Shown here: positions 35,585 through 49,841 of the stretch, one piece after another
How positions within the stretch are numbered: the first letter of the stretch is position 1
Layout: each line of letters opens with the position of its first letter
Assembly: GCA_903813345.2 (NCBI GenBank)
Contig: CAIIXF020000001.1
Location: 5,146,001-5,210,000 of the forward strand
Length of the DNA stretch: 64,000 nucleotides
Reading direction: 5' to 3'
Source of the DNA: Owenia fusiformis
Lineage: Eukaryota
The notes under the pieces: model-generated
Told to the model about the DNA's origin: nothing
The model's database searches: none
Seen by the model: the letters and a program-made list of their open reading frames with translations, nothing else
Position numbers and translations under genes: made by a program

Positions 35585-38500
35585 GTGACTTCTTGGAGAA
35601 GCTGGATAAAATAATAGCTAATGTGTTGTCAGCATTGGTAAAAGTTTATGATGAATTGAGTTTAAGCCATCTCTTATGTAATTTGGATACAATACGAAAT
35701 GAAGAGAATCGGTATTATCAGTGTACCAAAAGCTGTCTACTTTACCCCTTTACTTCTACTCACATTCAAATGGTTCTAATAAATTCGTATCTTCGTATAC
35801 ATAATCCTGATGAGGATACCAGGTTACTTGCATGTGATGTATTAAAGATTGCAATGGATGCAATCATTTTCATTGGAATCGATTTAAAAGTATTCTTGCA
35901 CTTTCAATGACTAAGGTGTGCTAGCAACATTTATCAATTCGGGTAAAGGCCAAACATTCATCATAGGGAACGACAAACGGCATTCAAAATATAATATCAT
36001 GAAAAAACACACAATATGTGAAACTGAGCGTGAGACTTATTGTTTCTTGGTTTGGCAATTGCAATGACTCATTCTTTGCTCCTGTAATTTAAATATAAAT
36101 ATAAAAATACGAATACAACTAACTTTTGATTGTACGTGTATATTTCACATAATTTAAAGTCATTTTGTATTTATAAGCAATATTCCAAACAGGTACCTTG
36201 TGGTAATGATTGCTTTAAGTCTGGTTGACAAAAAATAACAAATTGCATGTCCATGAAATCAACATATATGTCGCAGTCTCTAGTACAAGAGATTTTTAAA
36301 ATATCAATGATCGTACATTGTCCCATGGTTAAAATTACCTGGATGGTGACCTGGTTCATGGGACAATATATTACTTGCATGATGACCACCATAGTCTGGT
36401 TGCTCAGATGAGATCAATTGATGGTAATAATGTTAAGACTTTATTCCAATGTCTAGACTTTATTCCAATTGCCAACCTTTCTAGTGTACGATTACACTAG
36501 ATTTCATATATGATACATGTATTAAATTGAAAACGTATATATAACAGTCATTATGTCAAGTCCTATATTCTTGTAATACTGTAATAAGTGAATTAAAGTG
36601 TAATTTAAAGTTTGAAGATGTGTTGAATACATTGATTTGCCTTCTATCAATATATTTCCTAGTTTATGCTGCAAAATAATAAACTGACCATGTCCACGTT
36701 CTTCTATTTTCCAGTGGTAGGGCACTATATAATTGAAATTACAATAAACGTATGACAATATCACACATAGATAGGAAATGTTGTCATAGTACTACGTATA
36801 AATTGATCTATAAAAGCTATCATATTTTTTTGAAGCTACAAATATAAAATTGACAAGACAAAAAAGTGCCAAAAGTTGCATATAATTACCCAGGGGGTAA
36901 ACACACTAAAAATCAGTGTTATGCCTACATCGTTGAGCTGCTATCTTTTAATATCTTTATCAGCATGAAAAACTGATTTAGAAAAAATAGGTTTGTCACT
37001 TTTTCTAAAAAAATGCCTCAAAAACCTTTTACCTTGAGATATTCCGAAATTGGTATCAGATCTGTCTATAATTTATAAAAAAACGAAGTAGGTGGCATTT
37101 AATTTTTTTATTTTGAAATATATTAATGAAATTTAATTTTTTAAACAACATCATATCCACCTGTGGGATCTAGTTAGTTACATTATATCTAGGATGAAGA
37201 AAGGGTTATAACTACTAGTACCTTAATTGCATATAGCCTTTGGACATAATTTGGAATGGACGCTAAATGGACACTATCACGTAATGATTAGTGGGGTAAT
37301 TAAACTGTGACGGGTGTTGAACAGGTTGCAAGTGGATTTTGTTAACACTATGTACTAGCGATACCGGATCAAAGATGAGAAAATTCGAGATCATTACCTG
37401 TAGAGAAAAAAATCTAAAGGACGTACGGGGACCTACCTAATTTGGATGTTATATGCGGTAAAAAGAGCTAATAGGATCGATTTACTAATGGATTAATGCT
37501 TCTATGTATGGACGTTGTTCTAGCTTGTCAATTAGAAATGCGTAAATGATGCAATCAACTAGAATAAAAAGGCGTTGTTATCTTAGTTAATGAATTCTGC
37601 GAGGCAAATGTTTTGTATTGATACAAGAGACGGGCCATTAGTAAGTTCATCAATATTCAAACTAATATTCTATGGAATTATCATGGTCCACAACAATTTT
37701 ATGCTAAGAGGCAAATAAGCTAGATTAGATAGCACCGACAAAGGTAAACGGAGAAGAATGATAATTTATGGTAAGGTTAGTGGAATGTTTATATCTTGTC
37801 ATTTCGAATCTCATTACATATGGCTAGTGACATGTAATGTAACCATTAAATACTTTGGATATTGGTTATCCTGTGGGAAATCGGACATTTTTTAGTATGA
37901 TTTAGGCCGGAAATTTTGTTTTTTTGCTATGAGTTTCGTGATATCAGATAAACAGTTTAAGGCATCGTTTGTATGGTTAATGCATTTATAACAACTAGTT
38001 AGTATAGCTGAACATCTTTTTTCTCAATTTACGGATGCAACATGAACAAATAAGTGAATAAACCTAAAGGCTAGTGCGGCTTGCGAAGCTTAATGACGAA
38101 AAGGTTATCTTTTAATTGATAACATTTGAAGTGTAGGCGCAAATGATGTCAGAGCAGTAATGTGGTGAGTAAAAAATAAGGAACGCGCATGTGTTTTATT
38201 AGTTACTAGCTAAATGTTTAATAATTACTGTATATTCAATCATCTAATTTAGATTTGTGAACATCACCAAAATAAGAGTTATAAAGATCCAAAAATGACA
38301 AATAACCAATGAAAATATTAAGGACATGTATCTATTCTAAAAAACCATAAGCTGGATACCAATGTCAAAAGTCACCCGATTTTTGTGATTATGAGTCAAA
38401 GAAAGCATTTTTGAGTTTCAAATTGACTTCTGTTATAACTTGAAACCATCTAGCTTCTATTTTATTCCACTTACCTTTTATTGTTTCTCCAAATATATTC

Positions 38501-38700
38501 TTTGAAAATCGGATTTGAAGTGTATTAATCAGGGCAATTCTGAGCCATTTTAATCAAAAATATTTTTGCTACCTAGAAACGAGCAATTGCGATCTTGCTG
38601 TTACCTAAAAACCAGCAATTGTGATGTCATGCCACACTCATGTGAATTCTAGAATCACATGGCAGCCATTTTGGAAATTTCAAAAAAATTCCCAATTAAA

Positions 38701-39004
38701 CAAGGAGGATTGGCTCCCAGAGTGCAACATCGATATTCTGCCCCATATATGGGTATGTCGTGCTACAAAATTTGAATTCCAACGACCGCCATTTTGTTCA
38801 CTTCAACATTTGAATCGTGAATTTTGGTCTTATTTCCCAACGAAAAATTCCAAAACTCACAAGAAATGATCGAGATATTGGTTCGAATATTTTGAACTGT
38901 TTATTTTGAATTTATAATCGGTTATAATTTCAGAAAATAACGACATTTCGGCGTTTTCATTGTTGGAAAATATCGACTTCGATTCTGGGAGCCAATCCTC
39001 CTTG
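38701..39004. mobile_element. MITE with 8-bp TSD (P- or hAT-like)
   Basis: TIR CAAGGAGGATTGGCTCCCAGA; TSD CAATTAAA. Confidence 0.85.
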
Positions 39005-39021
39005 CAATTAAAAAGGCTTAA

Positions 39022-39488
39022 GGTATGAGGTTCCATATCCATCCGCCAAAAGGTATGACCCCTATAGTCCATTTAAAAACTCGTGGTATTGTTCTAAATA
39101 ACGCCATAGTTGGCTTCTAGGGTACCTAGTATGCCACTATTTGGTATCAAAATAAAGAGGAGGCGTTCAACTTTCATTTGAATTGCGAAAATAGCGATGT
39201 AGGTCAAAAATAGTTCCGACGTGAGCATGTTTACTACGCGTTTGCCCATCATATCAGAATTGAGGAAGTGGTAGCAAACGCGAGTCACAATAAATGGACG
39301 CTGATATCTAAAAAAGTAACCTGACTCCCCATAATTTGATGTAGATCAATCGAACCCATATATGAACAGGTACATTTTGATATATAACACTATGGGGGGT
39401 AAGCGTTTTATAGTTGGTCACGAACGCCATATGTGCAAAGTATTGCTATGAATTTTCGAATTTGGTGTTGGATTACGGTACTCATACC
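39022..39488. mobile_element. TTAA-flanked Kolobok-like MITE
   Basis: TTAA|GGTATGAG...CTCATACC|TTAA with imperfect ~19-bp TIR. Confidence 0.6.
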
Positions 39489-42400
39489 TTAATATGAGGC
39501 CTAAAATTGTCTGCTAGTTGGCCAGAGACCAATATTCTAGCAGAATTTGAGAACAGAATCGATTTTTTAGTTCTGCGTAGGGCAAACAATGATTTGAAAT
39601 CACTTTCAACCATTCTGTGAGTATAAGAATGGTCATAAGAGGCCCGTGGAGGGTCATGAATGAAAGAAAGCCCTCTGAAATTCCATCAAAATTGCAGGTT
39701 ATTTCTTCATTTTTTGCTAAAATTACATGATTTTCAGGGCCCATATCTCAGTGAAATTGCTACAATGTAGCGATTTTTCATTTTTACAGGCTAGATACAC
39801 GTGTCAGGTCGACAGAAACAGTAAGCATGTGTGATTTTTAAATTGCTACATTGTAGCAATATTTATTTGAAAATACAGGTGTGAGGGAAACTGCAATTTA
39901 GTTAGATTTGGGCGAAAATGGCCAAATTTCAGTCAAAATCCTCGGGACACAGGGCTCTTGTCTTAGATTTAGTCAATGATGCAACTCTTAGTAGAAGGTG
40001 TGCCATATAGGGAATGAAAGCTGTTTGTCAGACGTATCATTTTCTTCAATAAACTCCGAGATAGTCAGGTTAGATTTGTGACGTCACAGTGGCAAAGTTA
40101 GACTAGCATATTTAGACGTATTTGGGGTAGGGCAAATTAACCCTTTCTAGCCTAAATGGATAAATTTTTCACATATTCAGCCAGTTCCGACGTTTTTATG
40201 CATTTTTGAACTAGAAATGATATTTTCTGCCAAAAAAAGTTGCAGAGACAAAAATCAGTGTGATGTCAAAAAACATTAAATGCTGTTTACAAATTGGAAA
40301 TGATTACAGAATTAACAAAAGATTTGTGAAAAATTAGGATAAGGTTTCTAAATTATGCACAGGACAATGTATAGCTACTGTTCTAAATGCAGGCAGAGAC
40401 TTTTAATTGCCAAAAAGTTGAGAATCAAAAACCATTGGTATTAGTGTTAAAAGATGCTATAAAGGTATTTTATGTTGTATCGCCAGTTTTACTAGTAAGT
40501 AGCAGTGTCAAAATAAAATTTATAGAAAAATAGATTTTCAAGAGATCTTCGTAGTAATATTGGAATAATATGAACTTATAATTCCGGGGTGATACTAATA
40601 TAAAAGTAAGTCCAACACACATGCTCTTATGATTTAAAAAAACATTGTCCATATCCTTGTAATATGTTTATTTCTTAAATCGTACGAGTTCATGTATGCT
40701 TTGCGATGGTTAAAAGGGTTGATCTGGATAGTCAAAAATAAAAATCACTGTTCTCAATAGATTGTCTGATACTTGTTCTATTCCTCATGAGAAAGATGCC
40801 GCACTTAAGCTTTGTTAATAACAGATAGATCACCAAGTACCATTTCCATTTTCCATACGTGAAACATAATTCTTGTTTTCAGGCATTTACAACTCATCGT
40901 AAACAATCGATATATGGTACATTGGATGGAAAATTATTTTCTGACTGCATGATGTCTAATGGATTCTGATTAATTTAGGATCATGCAACATTTAGCGGCT
41001 ATGGGTACTTGTAAATTAAAGTTACAGTGTATCAAAAATGATGCGTATTGTCATGATATATTTACACACATCGATAACCTGATAATATAATATGTAAGCC
41101 AAAGGGGAGATTGATCAGTTACTAAATGCTTAGTTGCAAATGGTATTATCTGTAGATCTTTCTTTTTATTTAAAGCTAAGACGAATAAGCAAGTGTGGTG
41201 TATCGTACTATACGACATTTAACTATTAATTAGTCCGCTACACTTAAGTTATTATCTTAGATGATAAAGATTAGCTACATGTATACGAACATCTAACGGA
41301 TATTACGTATTGAAGATCGTCAGGTGCTACACCAACTCTAGTTTGGATGAGTGGCCACTTATATTACGTTACGTTCTATCTTATTTCGATTTTGGATTTA
41401 GCCTTGCCCAAGTCGGTATTAGGTTTTATTTATTCCGCGTCCATGTGAATTTAACCAACATTTTCCAACGGGTCAATTTTGTGGGTGGAATGACCTAGAA
41501 AAGCAATGCTTGTCGCTCGAGCTTGCCAAGAGCATGCACATGAAATTAAACATGAAGTACTAAGATCATATTCCTTAGATAAATCTTTAAAAACCTACAT
41601 CACAATTTTTGCTTCAAACATGACAACCTTTAGCTAAAAAGTGTACACTCGTATATTTTGTCAATGTACGATGCCGATGGCTAGGCGTGTATGTGAGAAA
41701 CGAAAATAGATATGTTGTAACTTAAAGGCAGAATCTGATCTATAGGGGGTGACAAAATGACAAGCAACATGTATAATTGACCTACCAATCTATTCCTTAC
41801 AATATCAAATACAATATCTCCTAAAAGATTCACAACTATAAATTGGTATGAGGTTATAGATGATTCAAAGTGCAAAATTGAGTGAAAGCCTACAATAGAA
41901 ACATACCTTAATATCTACTCTGCTTTAAAATTTGGACACTAAAAGGAGGCCAAAATCTAAGTCAGATTTATAGTTTTTCCCTATTTTTATGATTCTGACA
42001 CTACACTTTAATAATATTCTTCGAAATTTGGTATACACATAGCAAACATTATGCTCAAACTATTTTGACCCATTTTTGAGATATGGTGTCCGGAGAGTAG
42101 GTCAAAACAAAAAAATCTCTAAATTTGACGTGTGAGTTAGGAAATAAGGGTAGAATTTTCTCAGAGTATGAATCTAAAATCTGAAGTGAAATCTGAGTTT
42201 CGGTTTAGATTTTATGACGTATTGAAAACCATATTTATAGGATATCCTCTGATTTTGAGGAATATCATTTTTATCTACGAGGTGCAGTGATATTGATATC
42301 TGCACGAGAGAGCAAAGCGAACGAGTGGATATATCAATATCACCGAGTAGATTAAAATGATATTCTGAAAAAATCATAGGATGTTCTTATTATCCTACAC

Positions 42401-42509
42401 TTACAAGAAGTGTACTAAATGTATAATATCATTTCAAAATGAATTTCATGCCAAATTGAGTCAATTTGGCTGATAGATGAAACATGCGGCTAGTACGATA
42501 AAAATATTA

Positions 42510-42952
42510 TGCGGAGGTACGTTTATGGAGCTCCTCCGCACCCAATATTTAGAGGGGGCTCATATCTGAAAAACATTTCCGAATTTTTATAAATTCACAC
42601 AGATACTGACTGGCTTCCAAGATGCAAAAATAATTTGTATAGATAGTGTACCTTGAACACCATTTTTTTATGAATGCTGGGGACTCAGTATTAAAAGGAT
42701 AATTTCAAAATATATAGGTCTGGGAAAGGTTTAAGGCACACTGCGTCGCTATAGAATGAATTGCGCTACTATTTTCACAATTGTATTGATATTTGGTGTC
42801 AAATACACATATCTTGGTATATTTGAAGTCCCAAAACGGCTTAGTTTCAGAAATATCCCAAATTTAAATTCAAAAATGACCGTTAGCTCCGCACCCTCCG
42901 CTCATTTGCATCCGCACCTAATATTTCCCACAGGCTCTGTCTGCATAGGGTG
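42510..42952. mobile_element. Single arm of the Transib-like palindromic MITE
   Basis: Near-identical to one arm plus centre of 54281-55128. Confidence 0.8.
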
Positions 42953-43139
42953 ACAACGCATAATTGTTGGTGAGCCGACTCAATAATGCTAAACAAAGCT
43001 CTTTCTTACCTCGCTTCATCTTTCGGAAAAATGGCGGTCCAAAATGGCGGAAATTACAACTACGTCTAATGTTTAACAGAAAAATCAGATATGGATTTTG
43101 AACTAATGATTCGCGAATGACGTGGGATAAAAAGCAATG

Positions 43140-43280
43140 GTCGGGATTAAATACGGGTTTATTCCTCGTGACGATATGATATTTCCCGAGGGCCCGGGAG
43201 AAAGGGTTTTTGCTCAGCTGGCCCTCCGGACCCTCAGGAAATATCATATTGTCCCTTGGAATAAAACCCATATTGAATCC
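43140..43280. repeat. Palindromic terminus typical of Crypton-associated non-autonomous repeats
   Basis: GGGTTTATTCC..ATATGATATTTCC..GAGGG / CCCTC..GGAAATATCATAT..GGAATAAAACCC; similar structure near 55900-56010. Confidence 0.45.
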
Positions 43281-43628
43281 CTCCCAGTTAATAATCTTCA
43301 GATAAGTGATTTTGAAGGGGTACATATTGTTCATCCATCGAATTTTCGCGTGTCACTATTTTCTTCAAAACTGTAAAAATGTACCATTATCATGATGACG
43401 TGACCTTCAATGTGCTGAAAATAAAGTATAAATATACATGTCGAATATTTCTGTCGTTTTCCTGTCCTGATCGAGAAATACTACCAGCCTGTTCCCGCAA
43501 CCGCAAAAAGAAGGCCACGTGATCATTTTCCTCATGTTAATCTTATTTTATGATTACAGATCAATGCATCAAGAAACCTGAGGTAAAGCTAAGCGGCGAA
43601 AGGACAAAACAAATACAGGTCTATCACC

Positions 43629-45418
43629 ATGGATTCCCTGTTGGCAAACTGTACTGGTACCCGCACCATGAATATGAAAGTATACATGAACTCGAGTGGC
43701 TGTGGCTCATTTGACCCATTATTAGAGCCCCCAGTCATTGCCACAAACTCAACTTCTACGTCACCCGGGGCAGACCTCAAAAGTGCCGCGCTTATGACAA
43801 ACATCATCATGATATGCTCAGGAATATTTGGTAACAGCTTAGCCTTGGCTGTGCTATATAAAAGTCGTAAAGAAGTGAGAAAGAGTGTGTTTTATATATT
43901 GGTTGCAGCGCTTGCGTGGACGGACCTCACAGGGATTATATTAGTGTCCCCCATCCCATTGTTAGTGTATACTGATACAGTGTTGTTATCCGAAGCCGTG
44001 GCATTGTGCAAGTACCATGCATTTGTAATGATATCATTTGCACTTGCGACTCCACTGATCGTTGGTACAATGGCAGTTGAACGCTTCATGGCACTAAGAT
44101 ATGCGTATGTCTACTCAGTACATGTGACAAAATCAAAAGCACGTATTGTTATAGGAATAATATATTGTATTGTGCTTGTGGTAGCCCTACTGCCCGTTAC
44201 TGGGTTTGGAAGCTATGCCTTACAGTGGCCATATACCTGGTGCTTTCTTAATTTCCATGCCGAAAGCCCTCTGGATACGGCATATGCAGTTACGTTTGCG
44301 GGCATCAGCATGAGCATGATCCTAGTCATCATCACGTGCAATGTAATCGTCATTATTACACTGTTGAGGTTGCGCCACAGGAGACAATCAATGCGCCTTA
44401 ACAGCTCAGGGGAACAGAGGAGGATATGTAGGTCCAGGAAACATAACATGCTTGAACTACAAATGGTATGGCTTCTTTGTGGCATCACATGCGTATTCAC
44501 TATGTGCTGGGCACCCCTCAATGTAAGTATCATTTCAGATTCGTTCTAAATGACACGATTTAAGTGCACCCTAAGTGCACCAACAAATTGCCTAGAAATG
44601 AGGACATCGCCAAACAAAATCCCAATCTCTAGAAAGTTAGAACAGTTGAGAATTAAAATGGCTGTCCCGTTCTTGTCAAATTAACTAACATTTATGGCTG
44701 ATGCTTCACTTAAAGTGATAATGAACGAGTTCCCATCTAAGATTACCTAAGATCATCTAAGATTATCTACTATTTGATTGCCATTTTAATTTGTCCCATA
44801 TGCTCTTTTTAGATCCGCATTTTGATTAATGAGATAACTCAAGTGAGAGACAACAAACAAGATCTAATCTCACTAAGACTGGCCTCGGTGAATCAAATCT
44901 TGGATCCATGGGTCTATATCTTAATGAGGAAGGCTCTTATTGAAAAAGTTCTGGCTTGTATGCGGCGCATTCTCTGCACCAACAGAGTTTGCGGACCTGA
45001 AATGCATTCAAATAGTTCAATCCAAATGCCCGCGCAGACTTTTAAATCATTCACATTCAGAAACACAACATTCAAACAAAATACGACAATTAAACAGACG
45101 AAATTAAATGGTGTAACTATGAGACGGCTTCAACAGAATGGACACCGACGCCAAGTGTATATTACAACTGCTAATACTGCTCTAGAAGGGCAAGCCAAGC
45201 CACAGACGAATCCTTCTCTTGCAATATCACCAACACGCTCTCATTCTAGAAGCCAAGAATCTCTCTGTAAAGACGTACATCCGTGTTTACCCGATGACCC
45301 ATTATTAGATATTCAATATAATGACAGAATCACAAACCTAGATGAACCTAAACCCCCGGACCCAGTGGTAGAAATATACATCGATGGAATGGATAGCTCA
45401 TCTGATAGTTACAATTAA
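43629..45418 (+). CDS. PTGER4-like: Prostanoid receptor, prostaglandin E2 receptor EP4-like class A GPCR, ~499 aa; exons 43629-44522 and 44813-45418
   Basis: 7 TM segments, GN, ERF, ECL2 QWPYTWCF, CWAP, TM7 RLASVNQILDPWVY; phase-0 GT-AG intron at the end of TM6 as in vertebrate prostanoid receptors; AATAAA at 45495. Confidence 0.92.
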
Positions 45419-45969
45419 ACGTGATACTGGATCTGGATCGGGTTGCTTTAACTCTGTCTTATCTCGCAACTCATACTCATCTCCTAGTCGTCCCAATAAA
45501 AGCTTCTAGTCCATGGTATGACTTCCGAATACGAAGGATCCGTAGCACACTATAGCGCAGAAACATTTGAAGCAATATTTATGGAGGTGCATATGTCTTG
45601 ATTCTTTTAAAATACTATTTGCTGAACAAACTTCCGGCTTTCGGGTCGAAAAATGTCTTTCATCATAAGGGGTCAAAAAGTGTAAATATTTTGATTCGAA
45701 CTTTTATGCATTTTATAAGACAGACCGTTATTGTAAGCATAGGAACAAAAAATAGATTATCATAATGTAAAAAATATACTATAATCATTTTCATTTTGTA
45801 AACGTCGGTGTTTAATTAGTATAATTACGCAAGTTAGTTTTTCAGATTTTTGGGGGATTTTTCAAATATGAGCCAAGCAGACTCAACAAAATTGTGTTAA
45901 CTATTTAGGTATTGGAATGTTCATATATTCCAAGGGCATGTCTAATAATCAATTAGAGTCATATGCAAT

Positions 45970-46307
45970 CCCGGGGGGTTCACTCCAATATACTTCTTAA
46001 TACCTATGTGCCGCCCCAAAGGCCCCCTTTTTGAGCATTTTTTCCATGTCAATTTCCTCTCAAAATTCCTCTGAGACTTATAATTGACTAAAAAATCAAC
46101 TTTTCTAGTGATTTGTTCCAGGCCTTAACAACTGATTTAACGAATTTAATACAATTTTTTCTAGTTTGACTTAAAAAGGGTACTTTCATAGACAAGTTTC
46201 CATGTTTTTTTCCTCTCAGATTGGCCAATTTCCATGTTTTATACTCAAAGCCAAAATTGGCCGTGCTGCACATACCTACCCAAATTATTTGGAGTGAACC
46301 CCCCGGG
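45970..46307. mobile_element. MITE, TIR CCCGGGGGGTTCACTCCAA, 8-bp TSD
   Basis: TSD TATGCAAT; empty site visible in family B copy 1 near 24255. Confidence 0.88.
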
Positions 46308-47139
46308 TATGCAATCGAACGCCTTACAATTCTTCCTCGACGTTACTGCTGGCTATCATCAAGTTTTCTGATGGTTGTTTCTTCTTTGACCTTACCGCTG
46401 GATACAATCAAATTTTAGGAAGATAATGATAACGATTTTTCTCAATTATTCATGAATTCGGCCAAGTCTTGATGGTTGTTTTATAAGCAACTGAGCTATA
46501 TCTAACGACGAGAAATACAATTTTAACTGTAGTCCCAATTAGTCAGGAAGAGCAATAGGCCCTCCTTTATTGATAATGTTCACCGCTGATTAAAACTCCA
46601 TATCTCAAAACGTATTTGAGACCCATCTTGTGAAAAACTAGCATAATTTAAATTTGTCATTCTTATATAAAAGTGATTCATTTGTAGCATTTATCTTATC
46701 AATACCTGAGAAACAATACAAAACGTGGATACACTGATTACATAGTTTTTTGGTATTGATAGGAAAAATAACCTCAAACTTGTAGCTTAGAAACCTCAAT
46801 CATACATTTAACATATATTTATTTGTGTACTCCAAATTGTGAAAAAAATCGCCTCATACAGTACCAAGAAACATTCATGGAAAGGGTCTATAACTAATAA
46901 GCCGTAATAACTAGGTATACAAATCTCGTAGTCCTTTGGGGACTTAAATGTTATCTCATACATGTACATGTATTATCAATCTGCACGCAATTTTGCAATC
47001 AAAAACTTGATAGGTATTTAGCTTGTATTCGCGAATACAACGCCTGTAAGCTACCGGAATAAAAGCTTATATTAATAAGAATAAGCATGCCTTCTTTTAG
47101 TTTGCCTACCGGACATCGGATTCAAACTGGGCAAACTAC

Positions 47140-47672
47140 GTTTTCTCCTATTTTCTGGACAATGTTATCATATGCTAACATTTCCCTATCCTGGTCAACA
47201 TCTGAAATATATGTAATGCCCTTTTCAATCCAGTTTTAATTACTCAAGTTATGCAAACCTCTAATTCTATCAAAATCTATGTTTGAATTAAAAATACTGA
47301 GTCCATTACCCATTTTTCCATACATGTACATGGGTAAGCCTCTCCAGTGACCATTGCCTCTTTCTTGCAACTTTTTAACCAATTGTGTTGTATTTAGCTA
47401 TTTGTAAATCTTAAGCATTTATCATTTTTAACCCTCCATATTTATATTCTTGTACCATTACATCACTTTTCACTTTGTCAGGAATCTTTTTCAATTCATC
47501 CTCTTTAAATCTGCCTTTTGCCCAAATAAATTTAATCATCATTGTATTAGTTCTATTCAAAAGTTTGTCAGGGAGGATGAAGGCTTGCATGAGATTGCAG
47601 GAGAATTGTGATAAAAGTAAAGATTTAACTATAACAACCTTTCCCATAATTGTTAAGTACCTTCCAGAGAAA
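47140..47672 (-). pseudogene. L1/Tx1-clade LINE ORF2 fragment (post-RT region)
   Basis: GRYLTIMGKVVIVKSLLLSQF..KFIW..KV..GGLKMIN and WIEKGITYISD motifs. Confidence 0.75.
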
Positions 47673-48351
47673 ACCTAAATCATATATTTGAAATCATTTT
47701 GTATTATTTTCTGTTGCATTGTGTACTCAAAACAAATTGTGAAAAATTGGGATTTTATTTTTTGGTAATTTTTTGACCTCTGTTAATGGCAGGCATAATT
47801 CAGCCAAAAAGCCGAGAGTATATTAAACGGTTAATAAAAATTATTAGGGAACATATGTAGGTATGTTAATGTTAGGTCAAATATCGCTGCCCTATTGTGT
47901 GCTACCAGCTCCTTTATTAGACGTCCTAGAGATTTCATACCATGGACTACAATGAGAGTTTGCAGGGGCATCCGGCAGAAAATTGAACCTCAAGGTATGG
48001 ATGCCATAAATTAACAGAGAGCGATACGCGATAATTTTTTGAAATGGATAGAGAGGCATGGGTCTCTGACTATCTTGAAAGGGTGGCACCCATCACATTT
48101 ACTTTCAATATACAAAATAATGAACCTATCATTATGGTTAAAGAGAGCGAGTAAACGTTGCTTGTGATGAACAACTCCTATTTTTTATAGGTGTACATAT
48201 TATTGCATAGCACTTTTACTCAGAGCATGGTTGTACACTTTGTACCCATGATTTATACATTAATAATATTATGTGTAATATTTTTGTTATCCTGTTGTTG
48301 TAAATTAAATACATGTTTTCCGAACTTCTCAGTGGTATTTTCTTTATTCCT

Positions 48352-48790
48352 TTTTATGTACCCCCCCCCCCACATAGTGTGGGGCCATATTGTCGGCCAA
48401 GGCGCGTCAGTCTGTCCGTCCGTCCGTCCGTTCGTCTGGCAGTTTTCTCTCAAACCGCTACAGATATCACCATCAAATTTTCAGGGATAATTACGAGTGC
48501 ATACCGATGAAGACGAAAAAAATCGGCTCGATACCTACTTCCTGTCGGTCATTTTGAACTCAAATTCTAAAAGGCCTTGCAAACGGCTACACACTACTTT
48601 TAAAACTTTAACATCTTGTGAACCGTTTGGTAGATCAATTTCAAATTTTTAGGGATGATTTTCAGTACGAAATTATCAAACTCATTAGTTTTTCGGCATT
48701 CCGGGAAAATGTCAAGGCAGCCATTTTGGATTTTCCGTCCTAAAATCTTGTCTGTGTAACAGCTCTGGTCAATCAATCTATTAACCAATA
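48352..48790 (+). mobile_element. HINE/DINE-1-like (Helentron-associated) element 5' end
   Basis: T-run, CCCCACA..TGTGGGG hairpin, (GTCC)n microsatellite, then repeats TTCAAATTTTCAGGGATGATT that resume at ~51120-51430. Confidence 0.6.
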
Positions 48791-49841
48791 CTACAACAAA
48801 GCAACCCGTACAAACAAACAAACAGGACAAGCAAACAAATGGTAGCGTGGTAAGCTGAACGGTCATGGCAACGTAGTGAATCTTTATGTAAGGTACTGCC
48901 ATCTTTGAATAGACACAAAAGTTAGAAACACTAATTGAAAAAGAATGATTTGGAACAGAATGATGACAGTGATCAGAATATGGCGGGCTTTTTCAAATAT
49001 AAGAGTACTTTACTGTTGTTTCATCTTAAGCATCAATCAACGACTACAAACAAAAAACACGACAAGTCGAGTAAAGTTTAAAAGTTTAATCGTAAATAAA
49101 TAATTAGATTGGGTTTTACATCAGTTTTATCTATCAAATGAAAATCACAGGAAATTACATGGCAGAAAGATTACAAATGGCTTAAGTAAGATGGCGGCTA
49201 AATGAGCGCTTACAATTAAAACAACATAAATTTCAACCTTCAAAAGCGAGTGTGAAAAGGTGGCGCTCTGTAAGTCCAAAAATACTTGTCGAAGTCACAT
49301 ATAAAATCTCACCTGCGCGCTGAGTATATCAAAATCAGACAAGCTTTACCAGCCAACAATGACATTATTCTATCAAAGAAAATCAACCAAAATAGATGTT
49401 CCAAATAACCAAATTAAACCAAATGTCAAACTCGGTTGACTCTCAGAAGTCAAAGACAAAATAAAAATAAATTCAAAATTCACAATATGCTCAGCACAGC
49501 ACTTGAGTTAAAATATAACCTCACTTCCGCAGCCACACTGGTCTCTCCTTCCCTTTGGCTAATTCCATTGCAATCGTTTGGTGCATACAAAGTGTCGGAA
49601 GTAAAATTCATCAATTTAGAACAGATTATGCATTGTAATCTAAATAGCTAATTTGTAAATTGGTTCCAACTTGGAGCCAGTTTGGAAAAATGAATGTTGC
49701 GTTTTTATGAAACAGAAATGCAATGCATAATCTATTTTGAATTGATGAAGGATGTCTAATTCATCGATATTCATGCTTAGAATGCAATTTACACGTACAG
49801 TTTTGGCATAAAATGACGTCTTGCAAAAAATCTTAAAACAT

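Larger units (their letters stand above)
45507..47949. mobile_element. Academ-like family B, copy 2 (inverted), with nested insertions
   Basis: Same TIRs and body as 23059-24888; no matching TSD. Confidence 0.8.

Noticed and set aside
33610-35910. Short ORFs (33610, 33903, 35593)
   Set aside because: No recognisable motifs or splice-compatible structure
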